DNA of 64,000 nucleotides. Source: Felis catus. Taxonomy: Eukaryota. Positions 1 through 12,489 of the stretch are shown one piece after another; within the stretch, counting starts at the first letter, position 1, and the number at the start of each line of letters is the position of its first letter. The position numbers and the translations under genes were made by a program. Under the pieces are notes generated by a model. It ran no database searches. It was not told the origin of the DNA and was given only the letters and a program-made list of their open reading frames with translations. The DNA lies in the NCBI RefSeq assembly GCF_018350175.1, contig NC_058368.1, forward strand, positions 161,202,001 to 161,266,000, read 5' to 3'.

Positions 1-1705
1 TCCTTAGGGAGACCCAGGCTCCTTTTTAGGGATTCTGGGTCTGAAACCTGGATCAAATGCCTCTCTGTTTTTATGATTTTGTAAGACTTTTGTTCACTTA
101 CCCTGGAATTTTTCTATTTATGAAGATCAAGTAAGAATTTAGAATGTCTCTTCTCTCTTTCTCTTCTAGGAACACCATAATCAACTTGCCAACACAACAG
201 GTCTGCATGAGCCAGGGTATTCTAATTGCTGCTCTGACTCTGCTGCCCACTATGCTAACCACACTTAATTTGCCTTTGGTAACTGAGTGCCCTCATCTCG
301 TCCCTGCCACCCTGGGATCCAATTATTTCCATTATATTTAGGTTTCTTAACTCAGCGGCTATAGTTCCCACTATAAGGTCTGGACTACAGAGAAAAACAA
401 TCACAGAGCTATTCAAGGATGTCAAAACTCCCCTCATAAATTTATTTCTCCAGTATTAGTAAAAGGTATGTCTTCTGGACACTCTCAGTATGGGTGAGTA
501 GGTCTTAAATGACAAATCCACTCTAACATTCAATAACCCCTATATTTTTTTAATCGCTTCCTTTACATTAAACCATAACAGATCTCACACTTCTGATTTA
601 CTCACTGTGGGCCACCTATGTTTCAACTAACCAAACAACCTTCACAGCCCTTCATGACTCCCCAAGTTGCAATATAAAATGCAAAATCTCTCCTTCATGA
701 GCCTGTATCAATACATTTTGCCTGATTCAACTTTATATTTTTCTACCATTATCCCACACCTTTAGTATACATTCCCATACATGTTTCCTTAATATCTGTC
801 TGTATAAATTAGAAAACACAAGTAGTTTTTTTAGAGTGCAATGCACTGTCCCATGGGTCATATTTTGTAGTTCATCATTAATGTCCTCTTAGGACTTGAG
901 TCTAGTAATAGGTCTAGAAGCAAAGAAGGGTGGTGGAAGAAGGGTAGTGAGAAGAATCAGCATTGTTTTGCTTGACAACTGCCACAGGGGAGGCCATTAC
1001 AGTTTCCTCAGACAATGTAATATTAATTGCCTCAGACGCAGATGTCAGGGATGGATTGGCTGATATCATTGGTGATTGGAAGCCCTCTTCCACTGGCAAA
1101 GAAAACTCACCAGAATTTAGACCGTCTGTAGCTTCATCAAAGTCTTCCTACACATCCCTATCATTGCTTACCAGGTCCCATTCTTTGCTAATCACTTTAC
1201 CAGTAGACACCCTGTGAGATTCTGCATTCAACTTATATTGTAATTTAACCAGGGGTAAATGAGATTCTGCATTTGAATTTCAGTAATCACAGCTCTGAAA
1301 CTATAGGAGATAAGGGTCTCCTTCAGGAAACAATAGAATCTTTTAGGTCATTTGTGTCTTATTTGACCTGGAAACTCAAATCCCTGAGCTCATCTTTATC
1401 TTTCACCACCTTATCCAGTGACATTAGGAGTAACAACCTTATCTCATTATGTTCTATAGTTTTCCACAAATGTTTGAAAGTAACATGCACACAATTACCC
1501 AGCTCCCTGCTTATAAGTAGTTGGTTATAAGTATCCAACACAGACATTTTGTGTGTCTCTATGACCAGTGTCTGCTATGAACTACCAGCACTATCTTACT
1601 ACTAGAAACAGTCATTAAGATCATTAAATCTAATCAGATTCAAGAGCCAATTCCAGAAACCCTAAAATCAATTCATAAAACCTATCCTTAAAATTATGTT
1701 TCTCA
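1..1705 (-). mobile_element. ERV-L internal region (5' leader and degenerate gag), continuing beyond the window start
   Basis: Lies directly downstream of the MLT2 LTR on the minus strand. ORF 1359-1547(-) 'TFKHLWKTIEHNEIRLLLLMSLDKVVKDKDELRD' resembles the ERV-L gag N-terminal region; frames are fragmented. Confidence 0.8.
1359..1547 (-). pseudogene. gag: ERV-L gag fragment
   Basis: Motif LLLMSLDKVVKDKDELRD recognised as ERV-L gag-like; short, interrupted, embedded in the ERV-L internal region. Confidence 0.7.
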
Positions 1706-1786
1706 AAATCTCCAGAGGAACAGAATCAAAAGTATGTATATTGAAATAGATTTATGTCTGTATCTATATCCATCTATATATGTCTG

Positions 1787-1831
<45 letters not shown>

Positions 1832-2263
1832 TAGAGATTTATAAAGATTTGTAAAGAGTTAGTTTATGTGATTATAGATGCTGAAAAGTTCCACAGTCTG
1901 CAGACTGCAAGCTAGAAACCCAGGAAATCCAGAGATGTAGTTACAGTCTGAGTTCAAATACTTAAGAACTAAGAGCACCTGCAATATAAGTCCTAATCCA
2001 AGGACACAAGACAAATTTCCCAGGCTTAATCATCAGTGAGAGAGCAAATTCTCCCCCTCTTCACCTTTTTGTTCCATTCATGCCTTCAGCAGATTAGATG
2101 ATGCCCACCCACAATAGGGAGGGCAACCTTCTGGACTCAGTCTGCTGATTCAAATGCTGAACTCATCCAGGAACACCCTTATAGACACAACTCAAAATAA
2201 CATGTAATCAAATAGCTGAGCATGCCATGACTCAGTCATGTTGATATACAAAATTAAACATCA
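1706..2263 (-). mobile_element. MLT2-family (ERV-L) LTR, 5' LTR of the provirus
   Basis: Minus strand begins tgatgtttaattttgtatatcaac (MLT2-like start). The other end, tctccagaggaacagaatc on plus, matches the MLT2 3' region; internal (TCTA)n tract. Confidence 0.85.
1787..1830. repeat. (TCTA)n microsatellite
   Basis: Tetranucleotide run within the MLT2 LTR. Confidence 0.95.
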
Positions 2264-2314
2264 TTGAAGAGGAGGATCTCCCATTCACTGACAACCACGA
2301 GTATTTCCAAATAA

Positions 2315-2450
2315 AAGTTTGCTTGCCTCTCTCAGCTTCGGTTTTCTTAAACGTCAAAAGGGGTTATCAATACAGAACTCATGTATTTGTTATTATGAAT
2401 AAATAGCATAATATAGCCAAAAGATTTGGCCTATACCATATATTCATTAA
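2315..2450 (+). mobile_element. MIR SINE fragment
   Basis: Degenerate MIR core ctctctcagcttcggttttcttaaacgtcaaaaggggttatcaatac. Confidence 0.5.
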
Positions 2451-4057
2451 GGATTAAATAAACCATACATACATTTTTTCGGCAAGTTGGAAGATTTTTG
2501 AGACATCTAGGATCATACCAGTGAGCAAGTGCAATCAATCTATATAAAACACACTTCCCCTTAGGAAGTCTTCCCCTTAGGCTGCATAGTAGCTACAAGG
2601 CCAACATTAATCATTTCTCTGAACAAAGAACAATTCTTCTTTGAAAGAAAGCTTCTTTCAAAATGTAACTGAAATAATGCAAAAGGTCAGATTGTCAAAC
2701 CATACTCATAAGAATCAGGTATTCTTTCTGGCATCAAACTTGACTAAAAATGAGAAGAATACAGAAAATCATGACACACAGGCAAAGCATGCAAAACCTA
2801 GAACTTTCAGATCCTTCCTTGGAGCATAAGGATAAACTCTGGCCCAGACATAATATTTGAGAACTTACATAAGGCATACAGGGCATCAATTACATAGAAA
2901 GAGCTATTTCAATTGTTAAATTGATTTATACTTCTTACTTAAAAAATTTTGGAATAGACACTGACATTTCCCAGTAGGCCGTGCTCCATAAATTAAGTCA
3001 AAATTTATTTGCCATGAGCAACCTAGACATACTCCACAAAAAGAATTCCAAAGACAACATAATATTTCTACTAATTAATGCTATCTGAAGGTCTGATTAG
3101 TATGTTTGCAGGATTTGGCCTCATGATTTTTCCCTGAATATCTTCAAGACAGTCTTGAGTTACATATCAATTGCTATGTCTTTCTTAAGTAAAGTTAGAT
3201 AAAACCAATATATAATTTTATTCATGTATATTAAGATTACATTTTCCTATCCTGACACCAATTAGTGTTTATTATTGTTTTTGTTGGTGGTGGTAGTGTG
3301 TGTGTGTAGTCCATGTGTGAAAGAGTTTTGTTACATTAAAATAAACAGTAGAGAAGTGCATCGTCTATATCTAGAAAATCCAATTATCTTAAAGCTTATG
3401 CTAGACAAAAATTTTCCAATTACATCATGGCCAATGCCCAAGTGGGAAAAGAGCATTGTCTCCATACTGTTTTACATATTTGCAGCAATAAAGTAGAAAA
3501 GGGAAATCTATGTGAATTTTGACAACAGAAGTTTTCTTGTCAAGGCTGTGGCCTTGTTACAATGGGGCAGCCTCTAAAACACAGCTGCTGGCATCAGCCT
3601 AATCTCTTGCACTAAACTCAGATCTACTGAGCAGGTTCTCCACTAAACTCCCAAAATTACAAAAACAAACAAACAAAAAAAGACTCACCAAGACCATTAA
3701 GATCTTTCCTCAGCCACCTCCCAAGATTTAAAGATTGTTAAATGTTACCGCCATCAGTTTTGTTGACACTAGGTTGCAGGGCTTTCTACAATCAATAAGC
3801 AACGGTAGATTCTGAACCCCCCAAATTAGAATCCATTGTTGTTAATTTATTGTATTATTATTAAAACAAAAGTATAGTTAGGTTTTTGTTTCCTCTTAAA
3901 TGGCTTCTGATTCTTTTTAATACATAAGAATCTGGCTTAAGAAACCCAACTTTAGTACAATATAAGAAATGGTGTAAATTCTCCACACATTAAGCCAGCC
4001 CAGCCTTCTTTGGCAGAGGTCTGTTAAGATGTATGTTATTTAAAAGGTAATATGTAT

Positions 4058-4242
4058 GGGGTGCCTGGGTGGCTCAGTCAGTTAAGCATCAGATTCTTGA
4101 CTTTGGTGCAGGTCATGATCCCACAGTTAGTGGTTTAAGCCCTGCACTGGGTGGGATTCTGTCTCCTCTCTCTGTCTGTTCCCTGTTTGCTCTCTATCAC
4201 TTTCTCAAAATCAATAAAAATAAACTAAAAAAAAAATAAAGT
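4058..4242 (+). mobile_element. CAN-SINE (internally deleted)
   Basis: ggggtgcctgggtggctcagtcagttaag head, CT-rich tract, A tail, TSD aaaagg(t/c)aata. Confidence 0.95.
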
Positions 4243-5872
4243 AAAAGGCAATACATTTCAATTACTAGTGAGGAAATTTTCTTTTTAAATAAAATAAATC
4301 TTAGAGTTTAACATTTGGCCTAAAAAGATCAATTCTTTCTGGCTCTGCCACTGAAAAGAGTCATCATTGTTGTGGGGGAAGTCATGTTAACCTAAGTCAT
4401 GGATTAAATCTCAAAATGTAAAATCAACTTAAGATACAAGAACTTGAAAATATACTTATATCCATTTTTATATAAATTAAGACTCAGTCCTAAGGATATT
4501 TTAATTTATTCTGCTATCTCATAATTACAGTCACAATAAAAAGTAAGGAGAGTACAACAGAGACAGGTGAGAAGTCTGAGAAGGATAAAAACTTGTACCA
4601 CAAAGAAGGAGCATATAGTAACAAACACTATATGTGATAATTAACAATGTCAATGAATAAATCAAAGAAAATGGGATTATATCTAAAACTACCACTTTTA
4701 ACTTTAAATATTTTGAATATTTGAGAAAAGGGGAGAATATTAATTATGTGATTAAGTTGTGATCTTATTATGAGAAAGTAAAGGGACTGTATAAAATTTA
4801 TCTGTATGTTGATTTTCACAAATCTGCATTCAAGTACACTGCAATAGAGAATCAATAATAATAAAGCCATGACTTATATTTTTGCCACATCTTTTTGTCA
4901 ATGGAACTTCAAACATCTGAATCACAAATACCAGACCATTTACTAGTTTTCAGAACCAAATAGCTTTAGATTCTGAAACTAAATTTCACTACACAAATGT
5001 TTAATAGACGTGGAGGATATTTTTCTTTTATTCTTTAGAGAAATAGTAAAGAATAAAGAGATCAAAATGACACAATGGAAAGATCTTCGAAAGATCTTGG
5101 TTTGAAAAATCTGTGTTTGTCTTTAGCTTTATGGCTTAAAGCAGAGTTTCTGAAATGTAAGTTAATATACATAATAGATTTCTTTAAAAAACTTTCTTGT
5201 GAATTCTCCCTGTTAATTTAGATTCTTAGAATATAATATTACCTACATTTCAAAATATAAATAAAGACATCTCATGTTCATACCTCATACAAGTTTTAAA
5301 AAAATACATATTGAATATTATCAGAATTTAAAAATCAATAAAATGTAAATCAATAATTTTTATTTAATGTATTGGATAATATTGATTCACCAAAAATGTA
5401 CATGCTTATACTACCACAGACCATTTAAAAATTATTTCTTTTACCTTTTTTTCCTCATTAAACTACTAAAACACTTGGCCTTATCATGAATTCATTATGT
5501 GTATATTGAATCTTGTTTTTTCATTTCTTATTACCCTGAACAATTAAAGGTGTACATCATGGTGTCAATCTGACCATGAATGCCAATAATAAATACCAGA
5601 ACCATCACCACATGGCAAAATGCATTTATAGTTGTTTTATACATGATCATAAAATTCATCAAACATTTTGAATAAAATAGAAATGACAAGTTAAGATTTA
5701 CCCATCACATCAGAGGATGAGTCACTTAAATTTCCAAAACTCAGATTCATCATGTCCAAGTCGGTGAAGAGAATTGTGAACTTCATAACCGAGTAGGCTT
5801 TTTTTCTCCTTTTTCCATCCATAATTCAATACAACACATTTACTATACATCTATTGAGTACAATGTCAATAA

Positions 5873-6345
5873 ATGTACAGGGTCTAAGATTTTACTCTAC
5901 TTGAATGCGGTTAAGTTAGCCTGCCATAGTTTTATGGATATGACATGACTTGGGATTCCTAGGACAGAGTCAAAAAATTTTATTATATATGGGCACAGAA
6001 AACTCCATGAACTTTATATTTGCATCATTTTTTTTCCAACCCAAATCCCATGGGGAGGACATGAAGTGGTCCAGATAGATACTGAGCATGCCATGCGCCT
6101 GAATCATAGCTGAGGAACCCTAGGTTTAGGGAAGTTAAATATTTTATAATCGACTACAAACAAATCTGTCCTTTGCCTGGGAGGCAGACACTATCTTTAT
6201 TATCCTGGACAGTACAAAAAATATGTCCTTGCTCTGGAAGAAGACACTATCTTTATTTTCCAAAGCTGTTTGCTATAAAAATATCTTTGAGGAGGCAGTC
6301 TGGAACAAAAGGCTGTCAGATGCACCAGACATTGCAGCAGACAGT
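5873..6345 (-). mobile_element. Solo LTR, ERV1-type (MER89/MER90-like)
   Basis: tgtacagggtctaagattttactctacttg...aagttagcctgccatagtttt resembles the MER90-type LTR end; internal repeated gacactatctttatt motif. Confidence 0.6.
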
Positions 6346-6824
6346 TGGGAGAATGGATATGAATAATTCAGTCTTTAGTTTCAAGGAGCTGACTAGTGAT
6401 GGAGACCAACACTCAAATAATTTTACTATAAAATAAGTATTAAAGATAGCACTATGAATTAAGAGATTTATCCTGACATGGAAAGTCATGGATGACTGAG
6501 ACAGAGATCACTTTGGGCTGGGGATTAGGAATAAAGTAGAAGTAACTAATAAGGAACAAAGGGACCAAGATGACACAACGGAAAAATTTGGTTTTAATAT
6601 ACTCTGGATTCTGTCATTAACTAGCTCTAGGTCTCAGAGAAGCCTGAAATTTAAGTTAATATGGACATCTTGAAAACACTTAAAAAAATGAATTTACCCT
6701 ACTATTTTACTGTATTACAATGTAATTCACCAAGGAAAACACTGCATACAAAAGCTTAACCAATGCAAGATCTAATTCCTAATTCACCACCAATCCCTTT
6801 CACATTATGCTCTGTAGTAGTCAA

Positions 6825-7197
6825 TATTACAGACTAAATGTTTGTGTCCACACACCCCCCCTTAAATCTTTATGTTGAAGACCTAACCCCCAATGTGATG
6901 CTATCTGGAGGTGGGATTAGATTTAGATTAGGTCATGAGAATAGGAATGTCATGAAACGATTGGTGCCCATATAAGAAGGAGGCAAAGATCTCTCTCTCC
7001 ATAAGCAAGCACTGAGGAAAGGCTATTAGAGCACACACAGCAAGAAGGTAGCACTCTACAAGCTAGGAAAGGGGCCCTTACCAACACCTGAATTTGTCAG
7101 CACCTTGTTCTTACAGAACCAGGAGTAACAAATGTCTGTTGTTTAACCCATAGACCAGTCTCTGGTATTTTGTGATAGCAACCTGAGCTGAAAGACA
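6825..7197 (+). mobile_element. MaLR solo LTR (MLT1A-like)
   Basis: gactaaatgtttgtgtcc...cctaacccccaatgtgatg start and tctggtattttgtgatagcaacctgagctgaaagaca end. Confidence 0.85.
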
Positions 7198-8908
7198 CAC
7201 TCAATAATCTGGCATAATAAGGGTGCTGAAACATTTGAATCCTAAATAACATCCTTAAATTTTGGAATGGTTTCTCTAATGCAAGGGTTTTAATATATGG
7301 TTCAGTATTTATCCATAAAACATATTTAACATTTTTATTTATTTAATTATTTTATCTTGGCCACTTTAACTTGATTTGATTTTGAAAAATAAATTATACT
7401 CTTCACCTCAGTTTGCAATGTACTGTAACTGCTTTTAAATTTCTAATGAATTCTACCACAAAGGTGAGGCACTTAATCTGTAAAATATCTTTGGATGTTT
7501 TGACATTGAAAACACTAGATAACTGCAGGGTACTATTCTTGATATTAATATTTATGCTATGATACTAAGTGGGAAAAAGTATCATTTTAAAAATTCATTG
7601 TAAGCCTGCAATCATTGAGATTAAGAATGATAATTCAAAATAATAACTCATGGCTCATTTCTGTCTGTAAATAGAAAATTTGAAAGTCAAATCTAATTAG
7701 AAAATATCATCATTCTTACAAATGATCCATAACCTGACTTGTGATTCTTTTTTCCTCTGTTTGCAGTTCTGTTCTGATAGAGCTTTATTCCCCACATGAC
7801 ATTTTGATTCTACCTATGGACATTTTCTATGAAAAGTGATGTCAATCTTAATCAGGTCTAAATTCCCCTTGGTAACATATTTTGTGTTAAATTTGAGGTG
7901 GACAGAGGAGGAGGAATCTCATTTTAACAGAACAGACACCTGGCAATCAGTTACCAAAATATAGCTATCACATGGCTTTAAGCCACAGAAAGTCCTTCTG
8001 TATTTTAGAAATTCAAAAAATTTTAGTAGGAAAATGGCTTTCAAATAATCCGTTTAGTAATAACATAGTAACATTTAAATCACTTTAAATGGCAGTTTTA
8101 CCACTGAACACTTTCCTTCTTTTCTTTTTTTCTTTCTTATATTTCTTCTTTTTTTTTTGTAAATTTACAGTGATAATAATTTTCCCTGGACAACATCCTA
8201 TTTCATCTATTTTGTAAAACGTTTATGCAGAGACAGACATTGCTTATGTTCTCCTTTTACCTTTAGGGAGAAGCTTCTGCGCTTTTAAAAATCTTTAATC
8301 GTTCTATCATCCTCTTTTCAACTAACCCATCAAATTTACATAAATCAGTTTGAGGGTAGAAAAGAGTTTTGACTACATAAGATGCATTATGACACTTTAC
8401 AGTTAATTTGGGTTTTAATTTGGCTTCATTATATAGAAAATGACACTTTAGGCCTGATATTCAATTCAAGAGCAGCCAGTAAAACAATTATTGAATCTCA
8501 TCCCTATAGCACTGAGGAAATGTATAAAATCTGTGACAACATAAGCAATCTATTATAGTATTAGACATATGACTTTTGATACACTTTAGCAATTATTGAT
8601 GTGTTTTTTTTTCCTTACCTCAAGAGGCATAGATTATCTCTTTCTTGTATTAAACATAAAAGAAAGCAAATAATATTTACATATGATTATAGGAAAAACT
8701 GCCATCCTTAAGAAAATTACTAGACCCTATTTTCTAACTTTTATTTTGAAATAACAGACCCACAAGAAGTTACAAAGAGAGTACATACAGGTTCCATGCA
8801 TCTGTTATCATTTTCTCCCCATTCGTTATGTCTTCTATAATTATAAGAGAATATCAAAATTAAAAAACTGGTATTTGTACAATGAATGTTTAAAAGTTTT
8901 ATGTCATT

Positions 8909-9108
8909 GGGGCACCTGGGTGGCTTAGTGGGTTAAGCTTCTGACTCTTGATTTCAGCTCAGGTTATGACCCCACAGTTCGTGAGATTGAGCACCACAGT
9001 TGGGCTCTGCACGGACAGTGTGGAGGCTACTTGGGATTCTTTCTCCCTCTTTCTCTGCTGCTTCCCTCACTCGTTTGAGTTCTGTCTCTCAAAATAAATA
9101 AACATAAA
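8909..9108 (+). mobile_element. CAN-SINE
   Basis: Perfect 17-bp TSD aaaagttttatgtcatt at 8892-8908 and 9109-9125. Confidence 0.97.
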
Positions 9109-9693
9109 AAAAGTTTTATGTCATTTATCTTACATGTAGACTCATTACTAATCCTTTTAGTAATAACAATCAAGATAATACAATCAAGATATAGCTCTAT
9201 TTCATCACTACAAAGATCTTCTGCATTCTATCCTTTTATAGGCACACTCACCCCCTTCCCCCTCACACTCTATAATCGGTTGAATAACATACCTCAAAAA
9301 TGTGTTTCTTTCCAGAACCTAAAGAATGTGTCCAATAAGGATACATAGATATAGGGTCTTTGCAGGAACAATTAGTTAAAGGTTTTTAGATGAAAAAATG
9401 CTATACTTAACAATGGAAGCTAAATCCAACAACTTGTGGCCTTATGAGGAGAGGATGTATAAAAAACACGGGGAAGAAAGTCATGTAAAGACAGAGACTG
9501 AGACTGAAGTTATGGAACAATGAGCCAAGGAAAGCCAAGGATTATTGGCAACCACCAAAAGCCAGGAGAGGTGTGGAAAAATTTCTTTCTCAGTGACTCT
9601 GGAGGGAATGGTGTTGATACTTTGATTTCAGATTTCTGGCCTCCAGAACTGTGAGGATTAATTACTGTTGTTCCAAGCCGCCTGGTTGTGGTA

Positions 9694-10347
9694 CAGTATC
9701 CCTTGCTTTTTGAAAGTTCAGTGTGTCACTTTGCCTTTATTTTACTTATTTTTAATTTATTTTTCAGTTAATCTATAGTTAACATACAGTTCATTAGTTT
9801 CAGGTGTGCAATATAATGGTTCAACCATTCTGTGCATTACAGAATGCTTATCATGTAAGTGTACTCTTGACCCCTTCAGCTATTTCACCCATCTCCCCAC
9901 CTACCTCCCCTCTGTATGCCACTATGCTTTTCTAAAGGATCTATATTAGTACCTAGTTTTGTTAACTGAAAGAAATCCAAAGAGGACTTTCTCTTTTACA
10001 AAAAGAAGAGGGAAAATGGCAAAAAGTGAAAAAAGCATTCAGCATCAGTGAGCCCTTACAGGAGGTCACCAACCTCCTTTCCTGATCACTACACTCAGCA
10101 TCAAGCTACCATAGCTGTGAACTGTGTCTGTGAGCATCTGTGCTTTATCTTGATTTATTTTGTGCGTCCATTAGTGAGATGTGTCCTAAGGTATCAGAAA
10201 AGACTAAGAGAGTGCTTTTGGGGAGGTCTAGAAATGCTTAAAAAGTTTTCCATGTAAATTAACGGTAACTGCTTTTTCCCTTTACACCACTTGGGCTTAA
10301 GAAAGATTTCATCGAAACACTCTACTTTTGGATAGTAGGGAAAGCTA
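9694..10347. mobile_element. Non-autonomous TcMar-Tigger DNA transposon (Tigger6-like)
   Basis: Inserted at TA (9692-9693); degenerate TIRs cagtatcccttgctttttgaaagt and acttttggatagtagggaaagct. Confidence 0.75.
9735..9914 (-). mobile_element. 5'-truncated carnivore L1 3' end inside the Tigger element
   Basis: T-rich tail, then gttaacatacagttcattagtttcaggtgtgcaatataatgg; degenerate TSD tgtgtcactttgc / tatgccactatgc. Confidence 0.85.
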
Positions 10348-11200
10348 CACTTTGTTACAGGAACTCTAGGAAACTCAATAGATCATTCTTAAATGCTGAA
10401 TAAAACTAATATGTTCTCTAGCTCTATAATTTTATCATTTAGGGAATGTTATATAAGTGGAATCAAACAGTAAGTGACCTTTTGAAATGGCTTCTTCACT
10501 CAGAAAAACACCCTTGAGATCCATCCAAGTAGTTGCATGTATCACTAGTTCATTCCCTTTTATCACGGAGTAGTATTCCACAGTATCGCTGTAGCAGACA
10601 CTGTTTCATCATTCTCCTCTCCAGGAACATTTTGAATGCTTCCAGGTTTGGGCTATTATAAATCGAGTTGCTATGAACAGGTTTTAATATGCTTTAATTT
10701 CTCAAAAATAAGTGACCTGGAGTCTGATTATTGGGTCATATGGTAAGTATATGTTTACTTCATTTTTTAAAGGAAAGTGACAGATTATTTTTCATAGGTT
10801 TTCATAGGTTTCATTTTGTTGATGTAATAGATGTATAATGGTATGTTTCTGTGGTCTCAGTCTTCATTTCCCTAATGGCTAGTGAGGTTGAATATCCTTC
10901 CATGTGCTTTACCTTCCATTTGTATATCATCTTCACTTACACAGCTCTTTATGTTCTTTGCCCAATACCTAGTTGAATTGATTTTTTTTTCTATTTTGTT
11001 TTTCCTTCAAGAGTCAAAAGACAAAGGTAGAGAGAAAATGGTGGATCAGATCCTAAGAGTCCAAACTGGGGTGATTTCTGTGAATATTTGTTTTAATTTT
11101 AATTTTAATTTAATTTTATTTCATTTTCTTTTTGCCTCATATATATCAGACTGAATAGATGAGTACTGGTAAAGGCACCAATCTAGAAATGTCAATGGGG

Positions 11201-11211
<11 letters not shown>

Positions 11212-11232
<21 letters not shown>

Positions 11233-11262
11233 GAAGAAGAAGAAGAAGAAGAAGAAGAAGAA
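11212..11262. repeat. (GAA)17 microsatellite
   Basis: Perfect GAA run following an A tract. Confidence 0.97.
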
Positions 11263-12489
11263 AAATAAACCTTTTTCTCTCTAGAAAAATGACCAGGAAA
11301 AGTAGAGGCTAGTAAGATGGAAACAGTTCAATGATAACTCCTCTACTTTAGGCAAGCACAATAGAAAATACCGTGGCCCCACCACCAGCCCTCTCCCCAA
11401 ATTCAAGTGGAAAGCCTACATGTCCAAACTTATCAGACTGTAGTGGCTCACAAATTTCTATCAGGGTGTTGTGAGTATGGAACTGGGCCTTTCACACAAA
11501 ATAAGTGGCAGTAAGCCCCGAGTGTGATGTCGGTGAAGATCACATGGGAAGCCTATACTTTTTCTGCATGTGTCAATGACGTGTCCCTGCTCTCTCCAAA
11601 GGGATAGTTTCCGATAGTTTCCAGCAGTAATATGGTCTCCCTCTCCTCTCACGTAGGATACTATCAATGGAGATCTAGTAGGGAGCATGAACTAGCAAAA
11701 CAGCACAGCAACCCAACCAGCCACCTGTCTAGCTGTGAGTAGTTCCTCTCTACTCAACCCTGCATGTCAAAAATTTTAAAAACTCGATGAATGGGCTCAG
11801 CAGAAGAATAGAGAAGAAAAATAAAAGAAACAGTGACCTTGAGATGAAACAATAAAAATTACGCAATCTGAAGAAAAGAGAAAACAGACTGAAGAAAAAA
11901 AAAAGACAAATGCAATTCAGGGACATGTGGGAATATAACAAAAGATCTAACATTCATGTTATTGGAGTCCCAAAGGGTAAAAGAAAATTGGGCCAGAAAA
12001 AGTACTTGAAGGAATAATGGCTAAACATTTCCCAAATTTAGCAAATGACATTAAGTTCAGATTCAACAGTTGAGAAAACCCTGAACAGGTTAATACAAAA
12101 TAAATGCAAGCGATTACACATCAGTCACACTTCTAAAAAGTAAAGATCAGGAAAAACTCTTGAAAGCAGTCAGAAAAAAAATGAGGAAAAGAGAAAGAAA
12201 AGAAACCTTACTACCTAGGGGGAAAAAAGAATTTGAATAAAGGATTTGAATAATAGAGAATTTCTCATGAGAATTCACTGAGGCCAGAAAGAATTGGCAT
12301 ATTTTTCAAGTGCTAAGAAAAAAGAGAGAAAAGAAAAAGAAAAAGAAAAAACCTGTCAAACAAGAATTCTGTATCAAGTGACAATATACTTCAGAAATAA
12401 AGTACTGAGGGGGAAAAAAGTGCTGAGAAAATAAATTGTCAAATAGGAATTTTATATCAAGAGAAAATATACTTCAGAAGTAAAAGGGA

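Larger units (their letters stand above)
9271..10380 (+). mobile_element. MaLR solo LTR (MLT1C-like), split by a Tigger element
   Basis: MLT1 motif gatttcagatttctggcctccagaactgtgag; the 3' end ctttgttacagg...ctaggaaactcaata resumes at 10350. Confidence 0.85.
8730..11000 (-). mobile_element. Old L1 3' region (L1MB/L1MC-like), interrupted by SINE, MLT1, Tigger and young L1 insertions
   Basis: ttttattttgaaataacagacccacaagaagttacaaa L1M 3' UTR end; L1 sequence resumes at about 10381. Confidence 0.8.

Noticed and set aside
5695..5797. Short open frames on both strands near 5.7 kb
   Set aside because: No matching acceptor/donor pair and no recognisable protein; may be an L2-like remnant.
7733..7875. 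Good plus-strand acceptor ttttttcctctgtttgcag
   Set aside because: No convincing donor downstream and reading frames close quickly.
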